Notes under the pieces: model-generated
What the model was told of the DNA's origin: nothing
Database searches by the model: none
Seen by the model: the letters and a program-made list of their open reading frames with translations, nothing else
Shown here: one piece after another, positions 1-8,440 of the stretch
Position numbering within the stretch: the first letter of the stretch is position 1
How the letters are laid out: each line of letters starts with the position of its first letter
Position numbers and translations under genes: made by a program
Assembly (NCBI GenBank): GCA_963839205.1
Contig: CAWITU010000002.1
Coordinates: 75,034 to 139,033, forward strand
DNA from: an uncultured bacterium
GTDB lineage: Bacteria > Patescibacteriota > Minisyncoccia > Phycocordibacterales > CAWITU01
Direction of reading: 5' to 3'
DNA: 64,000 nucleotides

Positions 1-2
1 CT

Positions 3-221
3 TCCAACCTTGAAGGCTGGAAAAATTCAGGAGTAGTCAAATCTCTTAAAGTGTATACGGCCCAGGATGATAAAGTCTGCGCGGAGTGCAAAAGACATCA
101 CGCTAAAATTTTTCCGATAGAAGTTTCAAAAATGGGTTTTAATTTACCACCCTACAAACAATGCTCTTGTCCCTTCGGTTGTAGATGTTATTTTAGGCCC
201 TGGGATATTTCTTTGGATTGA
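3..221 (+). CDS. 3' end (window-truncated) of a phage MuF/SPP1 gp7-like minor head domain protein
   Basis: Open frame 3-221 reads ...KVYTAQDDKVCAECKRHH...NLPPYKQCSCPFGCRCYF..., resembling the DxxVCxxC...PP...CRC signature of MuF domains; not in the ORF track because it has no start in the window. Confidence 0.5.
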   Translation, partial: SNLEGWKNSGVVKSLKVYTAQDDKVCAECKRHHAKIFPIEVSKMGFNLPPYKQCSCPFGCRCYFRPWDISLD

Positions 222-231
222 TAGCGCGCCA

Positions 232-1209
232 TTATTCTATAAGCTTCAACCGTCTTTGAAGAGCATGTGTGTTCCCATGCTCTAAAAGCCCTCTGTAAGA
301 ACTTACCGTTTCTCTCTTGGGATACCCTTCCATATTCCGTATAACCTTTCGCTTGGTAGTAGTTCGAATTTGTCGATGATGTGGAAAATGTACCCAGCCA
401 AGAAAATCTACCCCCGAATCATAGGTTTTTATATATACCTTATGCTCGTGAAGGGTAAGGTGCAGCCTCTCTTTTAGAAAGCTATCAATCTTCAACAAAA
501 TTTCTTTAAGATAGTCCTGGTTGTTTGATAGAATTGCAAAATCATCTGCGTAGCGAATATAGTATTTGACTCTTAGCTCCTGTTTAAGATACATATCAAA
601 CTCGTGCATATACACATTAACTAAAAGCTGCGATGTGAGGTTGCCGAGTGGTAGACCAATACCAGGCTGGGTAGTATAAAAACTTGAAACAACCTGGCTG
701 ATGAGCCAACGGATATCTTGATCGGCGATATGCCGTTCGAGAATCTCTACGAGAGTTTCCTGGTCTATACTGGCAAAGAATTTCTTAATGTCACATTTGA
801 GGACAAAACATGTTTTTGTATGGTTTTTCGAAACCCTACGTGCAAAATCTCTAAAACGATCGAGTGCTCTATGGGTGCCCTTGTACTTTCGACAAGAATA
901 GGAATCGTAAATAAAGCGATGATGAAAATACCAATAAAGCTCTTTGTATACGAGGTGGTGCAAAACCCTATCTCGTACTGTAGCTTTATGGATATTTCGA
1001 GGTTTTGGATCAGCAACATTAAATGCCGAATACGGCCCATGTATATAGGTTTTGTTTTTAAGATCTGAATACAAACTCGTGAGGTTTGTAGCAAGCTCGG
1101 TTTGAAATTTTATAACATCTTTTTTATTCCTTTTACCGCGCAAAAATCTCTCCCAGGTCAGGAGTAAATTTTCCATTGTAATGATAGAATCATATTTATG
1201 AGTCAACAT
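232..1209 (-). CDS. DGR reverse transcriptase (325 aa)
   Basis: Motifs KPRNI..ATVRDRVLH, SYSCRKYKGTH, LKCDIKKFF, GLPLGNLTSQ (DGR-type SQ), YIRYADDF, DFLGW; no maturase or endonuclease extension. Confidence 0.95.
   Translation of the reverse strand: MLTHKYDSIITMENLLLTWERFLRGKRNKKDVIKFQTELATNLTSLYSDLKNKTYIHGPYSAFNVADPKPRNIHKATVRDRVLHHLVYKELYWYFHHRFIYDSYSCRKYKGTHRALDRFRDFARRVSKNHTKTCFVLKCDIKKFFASIDQETLVEILERHIADQDIRWLISQVVSSFYTTQPGIGLPLGNLTSQLLVNVYMHEFDMYLKQELRVKYYIRYADDFAILSNNQDYLKEILLKIDSFLKERLHLTLHEHKVYIKTYDSGVDFLGWVHFPHHRQIRTTTKRKVIRNMEGYPKRETVSSYRGLLEHGNTHALQRRLKLIE
1182..1197 (+). promoter_or_regulatory. Putative extended -10 promoter for leaderless avd transcript
   Basis: TGA-TAGAAT (1182-1190) lies 7 nt before ATG 1198, inside the 5' end of the antisense RT gene. 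Confidence 0.45.
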
Positions 1210-1602
1210 GCCGTTCAGAAAAAACCTTTAAGTGTCCCCCCCCAGATTCCACTTGTCCTTGTGCGAGCTAAAAGTGCGTACCAAGTCTGGCATAACTCCA
1301 TTACAAATCTAAAGCGCGTTGATCGTTATACGATTGGTGCCAAGATTGATGATATTTTTCTCTCACTTCTCGAACTGATATTCAGAGCCTGTTTTGCTTA
1401 TGACAAATTTGAAAAGTTGTCGCTGGTATCACAAGCTATCGCAAAATCTGATCTACTTAAATTCTTTTTACAGATAGGCTGGGAAGACAAAGTCATTGAC
1501 CACAAAAGTTACGGCGCGCTCATCCTTCTCCTTGACGAAGTGGGCCGTATGCTTGGTGGTTGGAAGAAAACCCTTGGAGAGAAAACTCCCACTAACAAGT
1601 AG
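1198..1602 (+). CDS. avd: Avd-like four-helix-bundle accessory protein of DGR1 (antisense to TR and RT)
   Basis: 134 aa; DRYTIGAKI...LLELI...LKFFLQI...EVGRMLGGWKK pattern typical of Avd/four-helix bundle proteins; lies between TR and RT. Confidence 0.85.
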   Translation: MSQHAVQKKPLSVPPQIPLVLVRAKSAYQVWHNSITNLKRVDRYTIGAKIDDIFLSLLELIFRACFAYDKFEKLSLVSQAIAKSDLLKFFLQIGWEDKVIDHKSYGALILLLDEVGRMLGGWKKTLGEKTPTNK

Positions 1603-1608
1603 TGGGAG
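1586..1608 (-). other. Perfect 9-bp hairpin immediately 3' of TR1, containing the avd stop codon
   Basis: CTCCCACTA-acaag-TAGTGGGAG, followed by a short U-run on the minus strand. Confidence 0.7.
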
Positions 1609-1622
1609 AAATCATTGAAGTT

Positions 1623-1741
1623 GCAGAAGCAGAGGAGAACGTTGTCGTCATTCCAGTCATTCTCGAAATTGCCGAGGTTGAGGTTGAAATCACCGTCCGA
1701 GTTAGCGTTCACGTACGGCACCCTGTGGTAGCCGTCGAGGT
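1623..1741 (-). ncRNA. DGR1 template repeat (TR)
   Basis: 119-bp copy of 2111-2229, rich in AAC/AAT/GAC codons; all 16 mismatches are at minus-strand adenines. Confidence 0.95.
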
Positions 1742-2004
1742 ATCCCCTAAAGCAATGTACGACGTGCCGTCTATACCACCAAGAAGAGCCCCAGCTCCTC
1801 TCTGTATTTTATTCCGAGCCCTGAAGATCATTCGCGCTCGCTGATACATCGCACCGACTTATTTGATTTTTTCATAAAAGGTGGCACTCACACTCAAGGC
1901 GTACCCGAAGTGTTGCTGGCCGATTCCCTATACGAGATTTCGATGACATGAAACCGTAGCCGCATGCTCTATCTACCGTCCACAGATATTATATATAAAA
2001 AAGA

Positions 2005-2034
2005 GTGCCTCCGCCAAAAATATGGCGAAGGCAC
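2005..2034 (-). terminator. GC hairpin 3' of the DGR1 target gene (terminator and/or homing hairpin)
   Basis: GTGCCTCCGCCA-aaaata-TGGCGAAGGCAC (12 bp, 1 mismatch) followed by a T-run on the minus strand, about 50 nt after the stop codon. Confidence 0.65.
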
Positions 2035-2083
2035 AAAGGGTCTAAAACCCAGGTTATTAACTAAGTGTCCAAGTTTCCAAGGA

Positions 2084-2785
2084 CTACTTGCCCGCAGCGG
2101 GCTCGACGTCGCAGAAGCAGAGGAGAACGCCGCCGTCATCCCAGCCACTCTCGAAACCGCCGAGGCCGAGGTCGAAACCACCGCCCGAGTGAGCGCCCAC
2201 GTACGGCACCCTGTGGTAGCCGTCGAGGTCTGGGAGGCGATCCTTCTCATCGAAGGAGCAGTACCATTTGCCCTTGGGCAATTGGTCACGCTTTTGTTCC
2301 CAGACGAGTGTGGCCCCTTGAGCGCCGGTGTGAACGGCCTTCTGTGTGGCCAGGAAGGCCATACGTTCCTCCGAGGTGGTCCTGCCTGGCACAATCTGCT
2401 TGAAGGCGCGAACGTGGAGTCTGTCGCCGGGTTTCAGAACACGTGTCGGTTTCTTGAAGTTCTTGTCGGTGATGTCCGAGTTGTAGTAATAAAACTCCTT
2501 CTCGTGGTTCCGGCGAAACGTGTCGAGATGATCCTTGTGCACGTAGTCGTCGGGCACCGTGATAATGCCGAGATCCACGAGCAGGCCGAACTTTACCTTG
2601 GGATCAGGCGGATTTGCAGGCTTCGGTTTGCTGTCGCCGAAACGCGCTTCCCGGTCTTCCGTGGAGAGGTTATTGAAACGCTCCCACTGACCGAATGTGA
2701 TTTGACCGCTACGCACCTTTTGCAAGGTGTCAATTTGCAGACCAGCCAATTTGGCCGCATCCGCGTCGATGATTGATGTACTCAT
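2084..2785 (-). CDS. DGR1 variable target protein (233 aa, no signal peptide or TM segment; C-terminal VR)
   Basis: C-terminus RVPYVGAHSGGGFDLGLGGFESGWDDGGVLLCFC is the diversified copy of the TR translation RVPYVNANSDGDFNLNLGNFENDWNDDNVLLCFC; SD GAAAGGA upstream. Confidence 0.9.
   Translation of the reverse strand: MSTSIIDADAAKLAGLQIDTLQKVRSGQITFGQWERFNNLSTEDREARFGDSKPKPANPPDPKVKFGLLVDLGIITVPDDYVHKDHLDTFRRNHEKEFYYYNSDITDKNFKKPTRVLKPGDRLHVRAFKQIVPGRTTSEERMAFLATQKAVHTGAQGATLVWEQKRDQLPKGKWYCSFDEKDRLPDLDGYHRVPYVGAHSGGGFDLGLGGFESGWDDGGVLLCFCDVEPAAGK
2111..2229 (-). repeat. DGR1 variable repeat (VR)
   Basis: Manual gap-free alignment to TR 1623-1741: 15 A>G and 1 A>C. Confidence 0.95.
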
Positions 2786-2869
2786 CGTTTTCCTTTCGTT
2801 GATGTTAGTGTACGACTACAAAATGAGATTCCTTGGCTTAGAGCTTTGGCATTTCGTAATTCAGTGTGT

Positions 2870-2899
2870 ATTGTAACATATTTAGTGGCTATCTGTCAA
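2870..2899 (-). promoter_or_regulatory. Sigma70-type promoter of the DGR1 target gene
   Basis: Minus strand TTGACA-N18-TACAAT with an extended TG. Confidence 0.55.
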
Positions 2900-3160
2900 A
2901 TATCACTTACTGTGTATCTACCTCTTAATGTAAGCATAACTTCTCTTGCTCGTCACAATACGATGATGTTCCGACTTTCGTCCAGACCACAATTTCAGGA
3001 GGCTGTGAATATCTGGCGGAATTTAGGCAACACTGCCTAAGGAGCTTCTTAAGCGAGGAGCTTGTCCTGGTCATTTTGTGGAACCCTTACAACACCGCCC
3101 CTCTGGGGTTCTCCCCACAATTTTTTATCTAGCGGCTCTTTTATCTGCTAAAATAGAGAT

Positions 3161-4240
3161 ATGGATAAGTTAAAACAAGGTTCTTTATCTGTTGGAAAAA
3201 TCAAAGCTAAAGATTTCAAGACTGCACCTCCGTTACCAACAATTGATATAGAAAATAGGCGCTATGTTGGAAGTAAAGCCAAGCTGCTTGATTGGATTTT
3301 TGAAAATATTAAGAAAGAGTGTAAGGGTAATAGTTTTCTTGATATATTTGCTGGGACAGGGGTTGTTTCTGCTAGAGCTGCTAAAGTGTACAACAAGATT
3401 ATCCTGAATGATCTTCTTCATTCGAATCACGCTGTTTATCAAGGTTTTTTCTCGCAAGAGAAATACAACAGAGAAAAAGTTTTTGATTTGGTGGCTTATT
3501 ATAATTCTCTTGTTTCGAGCAAGGTAGAACATACTTTTTTCTCACGTAATTATGGAGGTAAGTATTTCAGTATTGATTCAGCAAAATTAATCGGGTATAT
3601 CCGAAACGATTTAGATAATCGGAGGTGTCAATTGAACGATAAAGAGTATTATATACTTCTCACATCGCTTCTCTATTCTGCAGACAAGATCGCAAATACT
3701 GTAGGTCACTACGATGCTTTCTTCTCAAAGAGTGTCGTCGATAAAAAGTTCATCTTTCGCCTAATTGAACCCCTCATAAAAGCGGGGAAAGTTTCCATAT
3801 ACCGGGAGGACGCAAATATTCTTGCTCGAAAGATCAGTGCTGATGTTGTCTATATTGATCCACCCTACAATTCCCGACAGTACAGTCGTTTTTATCACGT
3901 ACTCGAAACCCTTACTCTTTGGGACGATCCAAAACTTACAGGAGTTGCTTTAAAACGACCAGAAGAAAACATGAGTGATTATTGTAAGAATAAAGCCGTT
4001 GTGGTTTTTGAGGATTTAATCAAGAATTTAAAAGCAAAATACATTGTCGTTTCTTACAACAATACATATAACTCAAAAAGTAGCTCATCTAGAAATAAGA
4101 TTGAACTTGAGGATATAAAACATATCCTAAATGCGAAGGGTAAGACAAAGGTTTTTAAAAAGAACCACCAATTTTTTAATGCCGGTAAAACAAATTTTAA
4201 CAATCATCAAGAATACCTTTTTATTACAAAAGTAAAATGA
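3161..4240 (+). CDS. N6-adenine DNA methyltransferase (D12 class, M1 of a type IIS R-M system)
   Basis: RRYVGSK, FLDIFAGTGVV (SAM motif I), YIDPPY (motif IV). Confidence 0.9.
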   Translation: MDKLKQGSLSVGKIKAKDFKTAPPLPTIDIENRRYVGSKAKLLDWIFENIKKECKGNSFLDIFAGTGVVSARAAKVYNKIILNDLLHSNHAVYQGFFSQEKYNREKVFDLVAYYNSLVSSKVEHTFFSRNYGGKYFSIDSAKLIGYIRNDLDNRRCQLNDKEYYILLTSLLYSADKIANTVGHYDAFFSKSVVDKKFIFRLIEPLIKAGKVSIYREDANILARKISADVVYIDPPYNSRQYSRFYHVLETLTLWDDPKLTGVALKRPEENMSDYCKNKAVVVFEDLIKNLKAKYIVVSYNNTYNSKSSSSRNKIELEDIKHILNAKGKTKVFKKNHQFFNAGKTNFNNHQEYLFITKVK

Positions 4241-5148
4241 GTTTAGAAATTCAGATTAAGCGCTCGCCATTCTTTTATGTTGGCGATAAATACAAACTCA
4301 TTGGGAAAATTAAAAAATATTTTCCAAAAGAAATAAACACTTTTGTAGAGCCATTTTTGGGAGGGGGGAGCGTTTTTTTAAACGTAGAAGCAAAACAATA
4401 TATTCTGAATGATGTAGACCAAAATGTTATCTTTTTACATAAATTTCTTGTAGGCCAGGCTGGTAAAGAAAAAACTCTTATAAAACAGATAAAAGTTTTG
4501 CTTAAACAGTATAATCTTTCCCGATCTGTTTTTGAAGATGTGGTACCTTATTCTCTTAAAAAAAAATGGCTTAAAACCTACTACGCCCATTTCAATAGGG
4601 AAGGGTATGCATCACTTAAAGAAAAATACAATAATAATAAAAATAAAGATCCGCTTTTGTTATATTTATTGTTAGTATACGGTTTTAATAGAATGCTTCG
4701 TTTCAATAAGCAGGGTAAATTTAATATTCCTGTAGGCAATGTGGATTTCAATAAAAATGTTTTGAGTGCTCTGCAAAGTTATTTTTCTACAGTAAAAGAC
4801 AGAAATATAAAATTTTATAGTAAGGACTTTAGGATATTTTTCAATAACCTTAAATTGAAGAAAGACGATTTTGTATATGTTGATCCTCCGTATCTAATAT
4901 CGGCCAGTGAGTATAATAAACTCTGGAATGAAAAACAGGATGTAGAGCTTATGGGGGCGCTTGATGATCTTAATGATTTAGGGATAAAATTCGCTGTATC
5001 TAATATTACTGCTTATAATGGCAGAGAGAATAAAAAATTGATATCCTGGATGAGGAATTACAATGTTCATTTGGTCGACAGTAACTATATAAGTTATCAT
5101 AACAATACCAAGAAAGAGATTAACGAGGTCTTAATCACAAATTACTAG
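4237..5148 (+). CDS. Dam-family N6-adenine DNA methyltransferase (M2)
   Basis: SPFFYVGDKYKL, FVEPFLGGGSV, GKFNIPVG, YVDPPY; ATGA overlap with M1. Confidence 0.9.
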   Translation: MSLEIQIKRSPFFYVGDKYKLIGKIKKYFPKEINTFVEPFLGGGSVFLNVEAKQYILNDVDQNVIFLHKFLVGQAGKEKTLIKQIKVLLKQYNLSRSVFEDVVPYSLKKKWLKTYYAHFNREGYASLKEKYNNNKNKDPLLLYLLLVYGFNRMLRFNKQGKFNIPVGNVDFNKNVLSALQSYFSTVKDRNIKFYSKDFRIFFNNLKLKKDDFVYVDPPYLISASEYNKLWNEKQDVELMGALDDLNDLGIKFAVSNITAYNGRENKKLISWMRNYNVHLVDSNYISYHNNTKKEINEVLITNY

Positions 5149-5149
5149 C

Positions 5150-6688
5150 ATGCCCATTCGAAGAGAAAGCGAATACAAGCCACTTTTATTTACTACTACC
5201 GTTAGAAACCCTGAGAGATTTAAGGGCATGCTTGCTGTACTTAAAAATTATGACGAGGAAATTTTAACTAATGAGCTTGCAGAAGAGGTTGCTGGGGAGC
5301 TTATTAAGATTGGTATATATCGTCCAATGAAGGTCAGTAGGGAAGTTAAAGACAAGTGGGAGGAAGGACAACCTCTTTCTGCTGAAGATATTATAAAAAT
5401 TCTTCAAGATAATCCTCAGGACCATAAAGAAGCCGGATTTGATCACGGCTGGGTCTCAAGGTTTGATACATGGTTTAAATTAGCAAAAGAACTTGGATTT
5501 GTTTATTACGAGATGAATATTCCTATTGAGTTTTCAAAAATAGGCCTAAAACTTGCAGATACAGAACATCCAGAATTTGAACAGCAAGCATTCCTAAATG
5601 CATTTGCTAAGTATCAGCGCAATAACCCATTGCGGCGTGTTTCTAATGAGAACGTACCACTCATCTTACTTTTACAGGTGATCAAGAAAATCAATGATGA
5701 TCAAGATTTCAATGATGCAGGTATCACTAAACTTGAAGTACCTTTATTTTTAACCTGGCGAGATGATAATGCTGATGCGCTATATGAAAAGATAAAAGAG
5801 ATTCGCACGAGATTTGGATATGAACCAAGTTGGGAGGTCATTTTGAAAGAGGTGGATGAACTTACTGGAGGACGACATGCTTCTATGCCAGATAAGACAA
5901 TAATGGTTGAGTACGTAGATGATTTTTTAAGGAAGATGCGTTTAACTGGCCTCATTACAATACGTGGATTTGGGAGATTTATTGATCTAAATAAAAAGGA
6001 ATTAGCGAAGATAGATTATGTCTTAGAGACATATTCGAAGTATGAGAAGTATAGTAATGAAAAAGATTACTTTAAGTACATTTCCTCTATAGACGAGCAT
6101 TTGATCTCAATAGAACGAGTATATGAGACAAATGTTGTAGAAGAAAATAAACTATTGCAAAAGTGGGCAACTCATTTTAGCTGGGAAATTATTAAACGCG
6201 AGATTTTGAAATTAACTACTAGTAGTCCAACATCGACTGATGAAGTACTTTCCTTGATCCCTAGTCCTCTCAGGTTAGAGTTTTTAACATCTTTAGCTAT
6301 TTTAAATAAGATTCCAAGCGTAACTGTAAAACCAAATTATATATCTGATGATGAGGGATTGCCTTCCTCTCATGCTCCGGGTAATGGCGCAGATATTGAG
6401 TGTTGTGAAAAGGAAAAATATACCCTTCTGGAGGTAACGCTTTTAAATGGTGTTGTGCAGGTTCAGCGTGAGATGCCTCCGATAAGTAGACATCTGGAGG
6501 ACTTTAGAATTAAACATAAAGATGTCGTAACCCTTTTTATTGCCCCAGTTATTCATGAAGATACCAAACGCTGGGTTAGTTTTATAAAACACAAGGACGA
6601 TCTTGATATATACAACTTTTCTATCTCTGATTTTGTTAATAAATTAGATGGCGGTGTAGAAGAACTAAATATGTTAGCTAAGAGTTAG
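5150..6688 (+). CDS. AlwI-family type IIS restriction endonuclease
   Basis: N-terminal FTTTVRNPERF and C-terminal HAPGNGADIE...LEVTL...EMPPISRHL resemble the AlwI/PleI/Nt.BstNBI family; follows two MTases. Confidence 0.8.
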   Translation: MPIRRESEYKPLLFTTTVRNPERFKGMLAVLKNYDEEILTNELAEEVAGELIKIGIYRPMKVSREVKDKWEEGQPLSAEDIIKILQDNPQDHKEAGFDHGWVSRFDTWFKLAKELGFVYYEMNIPIEFSKIGLKLADTEHPEFEQQAFLNAFAKYQRNNPLRRVSNENVPLILLLQVIKKINDDQDFNDAGITKLEVPLFLTWRDDNADALYEKIKEIRTRFGYEPSWEVILKEVDELTGGRHASMPDKTIMVEYVDDFLRKMRLTGLITIRGFGRFIDLNKKELAKIDYVLETYSKYEKYSNEKDYFKYISSIDEHLISIERVYETNVVEENKLLQKWATHFSWEIIKREILKLTTSSPTSTDEVLSLIPSPLRLEFLTSLAILNKIPSVTVKPNYISDDEGLPSSHAPGNGADIECCEKEKYTLLEVTLLNGVVQVQREMPPISRHLEDFRIKHKDVVTLFIAPVIHEDTKRWVSFIKHKDDLDIYNFSISDFVNKLDGGVEELNMLAKS

Positions 6689-6823
6689 GCGCAGCTCTTA
6701 TATTGCGGTTATCCTGGCGAAAAACCATGTTTAAGACAGTCTCTGTATAAAATATGTTAAAAGAAAAACTGACGCTTTTAACGCCAGTGATGAGATTTTC
6801 TTTATTCTCAGGTCCGCGATCAG

Positions 6824-7096
6824 CTAAAAGAGCTTACTGCGTAGCCAGTCCCAAGTAGCTTGAGGCAACCAGCCACTGTAGCTATTTGTCAGGCGGACAA
6901 CCATGAGTAAGTCATTTTTGTGAATGTGACCAGCTAGACGATCCCAAACTTGTTGGGGCGTTAGGCTGGTTTGAATTAGCCAGTGGGAGGTAAGGGGATG
7001 GTTCCAGATACCGGAAACTTCCTTTATGGCCGCGTACAGGTTCGAGTAGTCCTTGCTGGCTTCTTCATGTAATTCGTATGTAATTAACAATACCAT
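6824..7096 (-). CDS. Small Cas2/VapD-like ferredoxin-fold protein (often labelled SinR-family)
   Basis: 90 aa; LLITYEL...DYSNLYAAIK...W.H.L.S.WLI.T...HIHKNDLLMV pattern. Confidence 0.6.
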   Translation of the reverse strand: MVLLITYELHEEASKDYSNLYAAIKEVSGIWNHPLTSHWLIQTSLTPQQVWDRLAGHIHKNDLLMVVRLTNSYSGWLPQATWDWLRSKLF

Positions 7097-7280
7097 ATGT
7101 TTTTGCTGCTTTGTGTTATTCCAGTTCCGTGATACTCTGTGATTACCACACCCCAGAGAGGTACTACCGACCCAGGATTCTCATCTCTCCTAACGCACCC
7201 TTTTCACTTACCAGAAGGCCGCTTAAAGTGCGGCGTATTTACATTGTAAATGCTTCTGGTTACAATACAACGTGACGAAT

Positions 7281-7315
7281 AATTACATATGTTCTTGTGG
7301 AGAACATATGTAATT
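7281..7315. promoter_or_regulatory. Perfect 15-bp inverted repeat, candidate XRE operator
   Basis: AATTACATATGTTCT-tgtgg-AGAACATATGTAATT between divergent genes. Confidence 0.6.
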
Positions 7316-7347
7316 CAGGGTTACGAGTTATAAACAGCTTTTCTTCA

Positions 7348-7719
7348 ATGAAGAACAAAAAGCCCAAAACAAAAGTTATAATTGAACCAGAAATACTCAC
7401 CACCCCAGATGAGCAGATTCGAGGGTCTGTCGGTAGGAAGATAAAGCAAATAAGGGATGCCTGCTCACAAAGTGCCGAAAGAGTGGCCAAACGGATGGGA
7501 ATAAGTCGTGTTGCTCTGACCCATATAGAGAATGGGCATAACAATATAAATGCCGTCCAACTCTGGAAGCTTGCTTGTATCCTTGGTTGCGAGGTGGCTG
7601 ATTTTTTTCCTCCAATCCCAAAAGGATTTGCTCTCACTCACACGGATTATCAAAAAATTGCCCGCGAAGATGAGAGAGCGAAGGACTGGGCGCAGGAGCT
7701 TTTTGCAGATGAATTTTAG
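7348..7719 (+). CDS. XRE-family HTH transcriptional regulator
   Basis: GRKIKQIR...VAKRMGISRVALTHIENG...LWKLACILGC HTH_3 pattern; ATG 7348 preferred as start. Confidence 0.85.
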   Translation: MKNKKPKTKVIIEPEILTTPDEQIRGSVGRKIKQIRDACSQSAERVAKRMGISRVALTHIENGHNNINAVQLWKLACILGCEVADFFPPIPKGFALTHTDYQKIAREDERAKDWAQELFADEF

Positions 7720-7726
7720 TAAAAAT

Positions 7727-8221
7727 ATGAACAACGAGAAAATAGAAAAAATTGTTGAAAAATTGCAAGATAAATTAGGTATTAAAACTGCCCCAGTTCC
7801 GCTTGAAGATGTTGCAGAGAAGTTGGGGCTCAAGATTAAAAGGGCTCCCAGCGATGATTTCTCAGGTCTTTTGTTGAGGAAGGATGGGAGGGCCCTTATT
7901 GGTATTAATAGCAATGAATCTCATACCAGACAGCGGTTCACTGTTGCGCACGAGCTCGGTCATTATTTTCTTCATGATACGCAGGATGCTTTTGTCGATT
8001 ACAGAGATAATCAAGTAGGGGGAGTAAGAAGTTCAAGAGAAAGACAGGCTAATAGATTTGCAGCGGCGTTTTTGATGCCCCAAGCTATGTTAGCTGCGGA
8101 CGTAAAGAAGTTGTGTAAGAAGGGCATTTTCGATCCAGAGGTTGAAGCTTTGGCAAAGAAATACGATGTCAGCAAAGAAGCAATGAACTACAGAATTATA
8201 AATCTTGGTTTGTCGAAATAA
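7727..8221 (+). CDS. ImmA/IrrE-family metallo-endopeptidase
   Basis: RQRFTVAHELGH (HExxH) and ERQANRFAAAFLMP. Confidence 0.9.
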   Translation: MNNEKIEKIVEKLQDKLGIKTAPVPLEDVAEKLGLKIKRAPSDDFSGLLLRKDGRALIGINSNESHTRQRFTVAHELGHYFLHDTQDAFVDYRDNQVGGVRSSRERQANRFAAAFLMPQAMLAADVKKLCKKGIFDPEVEALAKKYDVSKEAMNYRIINLGLSK

Positions 8222-8440
8222 TTAGCATTCAAATTTTGATTTAGAGAGATACAAGAATTCAAAGAATTATTATTTACAGCTCGCAATCAATTGCAACTTC
8301 TCCCTTACCCCTGTCATATATTCCTGATCAGACAGTATGGTTATAATATCTGACCCCCTCTCACCCATCAATTTTTCTATCAAAAATACCCATGTTTTGA
8401 GGGGTATTTTCAGTTCTAATATTTTTGGTAAAATCAAGCT

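Larger units (their letters stand above)
232..2899 (-). mobile_element. Diversity-generating retroelement DGR1 (target/VR - TR - antisense avd - RT)
   Basis: RT with GNLTSQ and YADD, Avd-like gene, 119-bp TR/VR pair differing only at TR adenines. Confidence 0.95.

Noticed and set aside
232-1209. RTs as group II intron, retron or Abi RTs
   Set aside because: Both have the GNLTSQ motif, lack maturase and endonuclease domains, and lie next to Avd and adenine-specific TR/VR pairs
1509-1844. ORFs 1509-1721 (-) and 1602-1844 (+) as protein genes
   Set aside because: They are the open frames of TR1 and its antisense, explained by homology to VR
1964-2776. 270-aa plus-strand ORF and other overlapping ORFs
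   Set aside because: Antisense shadows of the GC-rich DGR1 target, which has the promoter, SD and VR frame
6824-7096. CRISPR-Cas locus
   Set aside because: No repeat-spacer array, cas1 or other cas genes seen in the window
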